Source: the human T2T-CHM13v2.0 reference genome, Homo sapiens
Reading direction: 5' to 3' (one strand)
Length of the DNA: 64,000 bases
Assembly (NCBI RefSeq): GCF_009914755.1
Contig: NC_060947.1
This document shows positions 56,372-64,000 of the stretch, piece after piece. The number at the start of each line of letters is the position of its first letter. Within the stretch, counting starts at the first letter, position 1. Position numbers and translations under genes: made by a program. A model generated the notes under the pieces. That model saw only the letters and a program-made list of their open reading frames with translations, did no database searches and was not told the DNA's origin.

Positions 56372-56559
56372 GGAGTGATTAAATGTGGGGCTCCCCATCA
56401 TAAGGGGCATATTCCCCCCACAGTGACTTCTTGAAACTCATTTGAGCTAATGCAGATTGAGACCTGACCTCTGACCCTTTCCCCATAGCCGTCAATGAAA
56501 AAAAGTAGCTCATATTCCAAGAAATATGTCAACAGGCCAATACATCAAGATATCTGAAG

Positions 56560-58540
56560 AAGAGGATTCTTTCAAGAGAAAAGTGTTTGAAAAGATTTCA
56601 TCTAAAGCAGAAATATTACAACACAGCGAACACTTGTTTTTAAAAAGAATAATAAACATAATACAATATATCTTTTTATGAAAGACACACCTAAATCATC
56701 AAGGACATGCAAAGGTTGAAAGTGAAAGGATAAAAGAAGTCATATAAGGCAAATACTTAACAAGAGAAGCCCAGTATATATGTTAGTATCAGACAAAATA
56801 GATTTTTTTTTCAAGCAAAGCATTATTAGAGTGAGAGCAGGTAGGTACAAATGACATTCATTTTGCCAAAAAAGTATAGAAATTTTTAACTATGGATGAA
56901 CCTAATAAAATAGCTTCAAAATATGTAGAGATAAAATTGATAGAACAACAAAAGCAAAAAAAAAAAAAAAGAAATTGATGCCATCATGGTGGGAGATTTC
57001 AACATACCTCTCCCAATTATCAATAGCTTAAGGAGATAAAATTCAGAAAGGATATAACAAGTCTAAATAATGCAATTAAAAATCGTGATCTAATAGACCT
57101 ACATAGAACTTTGCATCCAGAAATTTGAGAACTTGCATTCTTTTAAAAAATGTATTTTGTAAATGAGACAGTAAAAAAAACTGGATAATGTACTGAGCCA
57201 CAAAATGAACCCTAATAAATTTCAAAGCATAGGTATTATGCAGATTATTTTCTCTGACAACTCGATTAAGTTAGAAAGACAACAAAAATAACAAATATAC
57301 TTACTACTGCAAGACAATTTTCCATGGGTCTTATATTTCTGCATGTCTTATGAGCAGAGGCACTGACTGGCTTTTTCTCAGGCCATCTTTTCAAGGATAT
57401 TTGTATACTAGACAGCTTTGGAAGATAAAGATAGCATCTCCCTCTAGAGCAAAGGGCAAGCATGCTTACTGTACAGTATAAAAGATCTGAGTTTCTTAAG
57501 CTCTGAATTCTTTCCTGTAACACAACTCGCTGTAAATGCACATGTCACCTGGCTCTCTTCATCACCCTGGTGAAATTGGGGTTTGAGGACTCAGCACATG
57601 AAAATGCTGATACACTGACCACTGCTAATGCTGTGTTTTATAAGGTCCTTTGTCACTGACCTAGCAGTCTCAAATCTGTTCATCAATATTAACTTGTTAG
57701 CTTCTAAGTAGGGTAAAATCTCAGATCCTTCATGATGGGTTGATATCCATGTTTTCAGAAATTTTAAAAACACACTGATAAGTAACTCATAATGAAAATT
57801 GTGATATGTTTAAAAGAAAATTATAATAAAAATACTGTATATCAAAACTTAAGGCACATAGGAAAAGCAGTGCTTTGAAGGAAGTGTTATAGCCTTAAAT
57901 ACTTATTTTAGGGGGAAAAGCTATGAAGTAATTAGACATCTGAAAGAGAATATTAGACTAAACATAAAGCAGACGAATAATAAAAAGAGTGTAAATCAAT
58001 GAAATAGGAGTGACGTGCAAAAATGCAACAAAGACAAAAATTGGGCTTTTGGGAAAAAATTACAAAATAAGTATACTTTCAGCAAGATTCATAAAGAAAA
58101 GAAGGCAGAGAAAGAGAAAGAGAGGAGGCACCAAAGTAAAAATGATAAATGAAAAATAACCAAACTTAGATAAAGCAGAGAATAAAAAGATAATAAGCAC
58201 ACATCAACTTTAATGCATTAGGCAAAATGGACAAATTTCTAGAAAAATATAATTAGCAGAACTGATTTGAGAAACACATTATAAGCTTCAATGGTCCTGT
58301 TAATATTAAATAAATTAAAGCAATAATTTCAAATCTCTTTTAAAGCAAATACCAATCTCAAAACAGATAATCTTAATCTCATTCAAATGCTTTCAGAGAA
58401 TATAAAAAGAAAAAAAGGGATTCCTTCCCTAACTCATCTATTAATCCTGCATATATCTGAGATCAAAAATGCATAAAAGCAGTACAAAAAAGGAGCATAA
58501 CAAACCTATTTTGCTCATTAATATAGACTTAAAAAAATAG
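56560..58540 (+). mobile_element. Old L1M ORF2 remnant
   Basis: gtatcagacaaaatagatttt; catggtgggagatttcaacatacctctc; ggacaaatttctagaaaaatat. Confidence 0.7.
57305..57735 (+). mobile_element. ERV LTR (LTR47-like)
   Basis: ccatgggtcttatatttctgcatgtcttatgagcagaggcactgactg...tctagagcaaagggcaag. Confidence 0.55.
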
Positions 58541-59280
58541 CGTTTGCAAAAATCCTCAACAAAATACTAGCAAGCCAAATCCAGCTGCACATCAAAAAGC
58601 TAATCCACCACGATTAAGTAGGCTTCATCCCTGGGGCACAAGGTTGGTTCAACATATGCAAATCAATAAATGTGATTCATCACATAAACAGAACTGAAAA
58701 ACACATGATTATCTCAATAGATGCAGAAAAGGCTTTTGGTAAAATTCAACATCTCTGTATATTAAAAACCCTTAACAAACCAGGCATTGAAGGAACATAC
58801 TTCAAAATAATAAGAGCCACCTATGATAAACGCACAGCCAACATCATACTGAATTGGCAAAAGTTGGAAGCATTCCCCTTGGAAACTGGAATAAGACAAG
58901 GATGCCCTCTTTAACCACTCCTATTCAACATAATTTTGGAAGTCCTAGCCAGAACAATGAGGCAAGAGAAGGAAATAAAAGGCATCCAAATAGGAAGGAA
59001 GGAAGTCAAACTATACTTGTTTGCAGATGACATAATCCTACACCTAGGAGGCCCCATAGTCTCTGCCCAAAACCTCCTTGATCTGATAAACAATTTCAGC
59101 AAAGTTTCAGGATACAAAATCAATGTACAAAAATCAGTAGCATTCCAATCTGAGAGCCAAATCAGAAAATTATCCCATTCACAATAGCCATGAAAAGAAT
59201 AAAATACCTAGGAATACAGGCAACCAGATAGATGAAAGATTTCAACAATGGGAATTACAAAACACTGCTCAAAGAAATCA

Positions 59281-59582
<302 letters not shown>

Positions 59583-60039
59583 GAAATCAGAGATGACACA
59601 AACAAATGAAAAAACATTCTATGCTCATGGATAGGAAGAATCAATATCTTTACAATGGCCACACTGCCCAAGGCAATTTACAGATTAAATGCTATTCCTG
59701 TCAAACCACCAATGACATTCTTCACAGAATTAGAAAAATCTATTTTGACATTTATATGGAACCAAAATAGAGCCTGAATAGCCAAGGCAATTATAAGCAA
59801 ATATAACAAAGCTGGTGTCATCACGTTAGCTAACTTCAAACTATACTACAGGGCTACAGTAACCAAAACAGCACGGTTGGTACAAAAACAAACACACTGG
59901 CCAATAGAACAGAATAGAGAGATCAGAAATAGTTCTATATACCTACAACCATTTGATCTTCAACAAAGTCAACAAAAACAAGCAATGGGGAATGGACTCC
60001 CTATTCAAAAAATAGTGCAGGGATAGCTGGTTAGCCATA

Positions 60040-60190
60040 TGCATAAGACTGAAACTGGACCCCTTCCTTATACAATAATACAGAAATCAACTCAAGATGG
60101 ATTAAAGGCTTAAATTGCAGAAGATTGGAACTGGACCCTTTCCCTATACCATATACAGAAATCAACTCAAGATGGATTAAAGACTTAAAT
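60040..60190 (+). repeat. ~75-bp tandem duplication inside L1 ORF2
   Basis: tgca(t/g)aaga(c/t)tg(a/g)aactggaccc...caagatggattaaag(g/a)cttaaat twice. Confidence 0.9.
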
Positions 60191-60842
60191 GTAAAACCTA
60201 AAATTTTTAAAACCGTAGGAGAAAATCTAGGAACTACCATTCTGGACATAGTAACGGGAAAAGATTTCATGGCAAAGATGCCAAAAGCAATTACAAAAAA
60301 AAAAAAAATTGACAAATGGGACCTAATTAAACTAATGAGCTTCTCTGCACAGCAAAAGAAACTATTAACAAGGTAAACAGACAGCCTACAGAATGGGAGA
60401 AAATATTTGCAAACTATGCCTCTGACAAAGGTTTAATATCCAGAATCTATAAGGAACTTAAGCAAATTTACAAGTAAAAAAAAAACCATTACAAAGTAGA
60501 CAAAGGACATTAATACTTTTCAAAAGAAGATGTATATATGGCCAAGAAACATATGAAAAAAAGCTCAATATCACTGATCACTAGAGAAATGCAAATCAAA
60601 ACCACAAGGAGATACCATCTCACATCAGTCAGAATGGCCATTATTAGAAAGTCAAGAAATAGCAGATACTGGTGAGGTTGCAGAGAAAAGACAACACTTA
60701 TACACAGCTGGTGGGCGTGTAAATTAGTTTGGCCATTGTTGAAAGCAGTGTGGTGATTCCTCAAAGATCTAAAGACAGAATTACCATTCAACTCAGCAAT
60801 CCCATTATTGAGTATATACCCAGTGGAATATAAATCATTCTA

Positions 60843-61226
<384 letters not shown>

Positions 61227-61762
61227 TCAACCTACATGCCCGTCAATGATAGACTGGATAAAGGAAATGTTGTACATGTACACCATGAAGTACTACACAG
61301 TCATAAAAAAGAACGAGATCATGTCCTTTGCAGCAACATGGATGGAGCTGTAGACCATTATCCTAAGCAAATTGGTGCAGAAACAGAAAAGCAAATACTG
61401 CATGTTCTCACTTATAAGTGAGAGCTAAACAACAAGAACACATGGACAAAAAGAGGGGAACAACAGACACTGGGACCTACTTGAGGGTGGAGGGTGGGAG
61501 GAGGGAGATAATAAAAAGAAAAACCTATCACGTTCTATGATTATTACCCAGTTGACTAAATAATCTGTACAGCAAACCCCCATGACACGCAGTTTACCTA
61601 CATCCTGCACATGTATCCCTTGACAGTGGTCTTGGCAAAAATTTTTTGGACATGACACCAAAAGCACAGGCAATAAAAGCAAAAACAGATAAGCGAGATT
61701 CCATCAAACTGAAAAACTTCTGCACGGCAAAGGAAACAATCAACGAAATGAAAGACAACCTA

Positions 61763-62318
<556 letters not shown>

Positions 62319-63263
62319 TCATCAGGGAAATGCAAATTGAAACCACAGTGAGATAACACCCTACACCTGTAAGAATGGCAATTCCCAAAAAGACAAAAGA
62401 AAACAAGTGTTAGCAAGAATGTGGAGAAAAGGGAAGCCTTGTACACTATTGGTAGCAATGTAAATTGGTACAGCAATCACAGAAAATTGTATGGGGGTTC
62501 CTTGAAAAATAGAACTACCATAATACTCAGCAATCTCGCTTCCAGATATATATCCAAAGGAAATAAAATCTCTATCTTTAAAAGATATCTCCATTTCCAT
62601 GTTCATTGCAGCATTATTCACAATAGCCAAGAAACTAAAATAATTTAAATAAAGGGTGAAATATATATATGTTATATATATGTAATATATATGCCCATAT
62701 ATTAGTTATATATAATATATATGCAATATATATGCCCATATATTAGTTATATATAATATATATGCCCATATATACTATATATTATATATGCCCATATATA
62801 GTTTGCAAATATTATATTACCATATATATAATATATATGCCATATATATATAATGTTGGAATATTATTCAGCCTCAAAAAGAAGGAAATTTTGTATTTGT
62901 GACAACATAGATGGACCTGGAGGATGTTATGATAACTGAAATAAGCTAGATACAGAAATACAAATACTGTATGATCTCATTTACATATGAAGTCTAAGAC
63001 AGTCAAATTCTTAGACGTAGAGAGTAGAATGGTGGATGCCAGTGAGAGAGGTAGCGGGGAAATGGAGAGCTTTTGGTCAAAGGGTACAAAGTTTCAGTCA
63101 TGCAAGATGAATAAGTTCTGGAGATCTAATGTACAGCATAGTGACTACAGTTAACAGTACTGTGTTGTATGCTTGAAATTAGTGAAGAGAGCAGATCTTA
63201 AGTGTCCACAACACACACACAAAAGAATGGTAACTATGTGAGGTGATTGAATGTGTTGCTTAA

Positions 63264-63558
<295 letters not shown>

Positions 63559-63638
63559 GTGTTGCTTAACTCAATTGTGGTAATCATTTCACAATGTATA
63601 TACATATCAAATCCATCACTTTGTACATCTTAAATATA

Positions 63639-64000
63639 TTAGGTTGGTGCAAACGTAGTTGCAGTTTTTGAATTGTTGGAATTTGCCATTTGATATTGGA
63701 ATAAATTCTTAAATAATGTGGTTATGTTATACATAATTTTAATGGGCTTTTCTCGCTTTATGATTTTGTTTTGTTTTGTTTGTTAAAGCAAATTTAAGCG
63801 ATTTTCTTATTCGAGTTCAAAACGGGTCATAAAGCAGCAGAGACAGCTTGCAACATCAACAGCGCACTTGGCCCAGAAACTGCTAACGAATGTACAGTGC
63901 GGTGGTGGTTCAAGAAGTTTTGCAAAGGAGACAATAGCTTTGAAGATGAGAGGCATAGTGGCTGGCCATCAGAAGTTGACAATGACTGATTGAGAGCAAT
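63639..64000 (+). mobile_element. Hsmar1 mariner transposon, 5' part (runs off the window)
   Basis: TA + TIR ttaggttggtgcaaacgtagttgcagtt; remnant peptide IFLFEFK.GHKAAETA.NIN.A.GP.TANE.TV.WWFKKFCKGD.S.EDE with in-frame stops. Confidence 0.92.

Noticed and set aside
52886-56423. Circular-intermediate (eccDNA) reinsertion as the explanation for the permuted X-Y / X'-Y' order
   Set aside because: It fits the order, but does not explain why the LTR 5' part is on the plus strand at the left and its 3' terminus on the minus strand at the right; an inversion explains both. Kept only as the fallback hypothesis.
62660-62855. TA-rich tandem with recurring atatatatgcccatatat units
   Set aside because: Typical degenerate (TA)n-derived minisatellite within an L1.

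Overview
This 64-kb window is AT-rich, repeat-dominated primate (human-like) non-coding DNA, either intergenic or deep intronic. I find no credible protein-coding exon, RNA gene, CpG island or CRISPR-type system. The supplied ORFs that I can place are Alu/L1 artefacts, low-complexity sequence or decayed transposase/L1 ORF2 remnants; the rest are short and unrecognisable. The window holds about 20 Alus, many 5'-truncated L1s, L2/MIR/CR1 relics, MaLR/ERVL LTRs, a MER9 (HML-3) solo LTR with TSD, a near-full-length Tigger1 carrying a MER1B, hAT-Charlie elements and the 5' part of an Hsmar1 mariner. Subfamily names come from recognition of consensus sequences by eye and need RepeatMasker/Dfam confirmation; boundaries without a quoted TSD are approximate. 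The most interesting signals are structural. (1) An inferred ~3.2-kb inversion (53136-56371) splits one MaLR LTR and leaves inverted duplications at both breakpoints (250 bp at 92% identity, plus ~55 bp) with templated filler. (2) A perfect 93-bp copy of part of an ancient MIR sits 3.3 kb downstream of its donor with a micro-inverted junction. (3) There are several smaller template-switch scars. Candidate regulatory sites are a CTCF-like motif near 35.66 kb and a PBX-HOX motif in unique DNA near 28.2 kb. I do not see evidence for a novel gene system.
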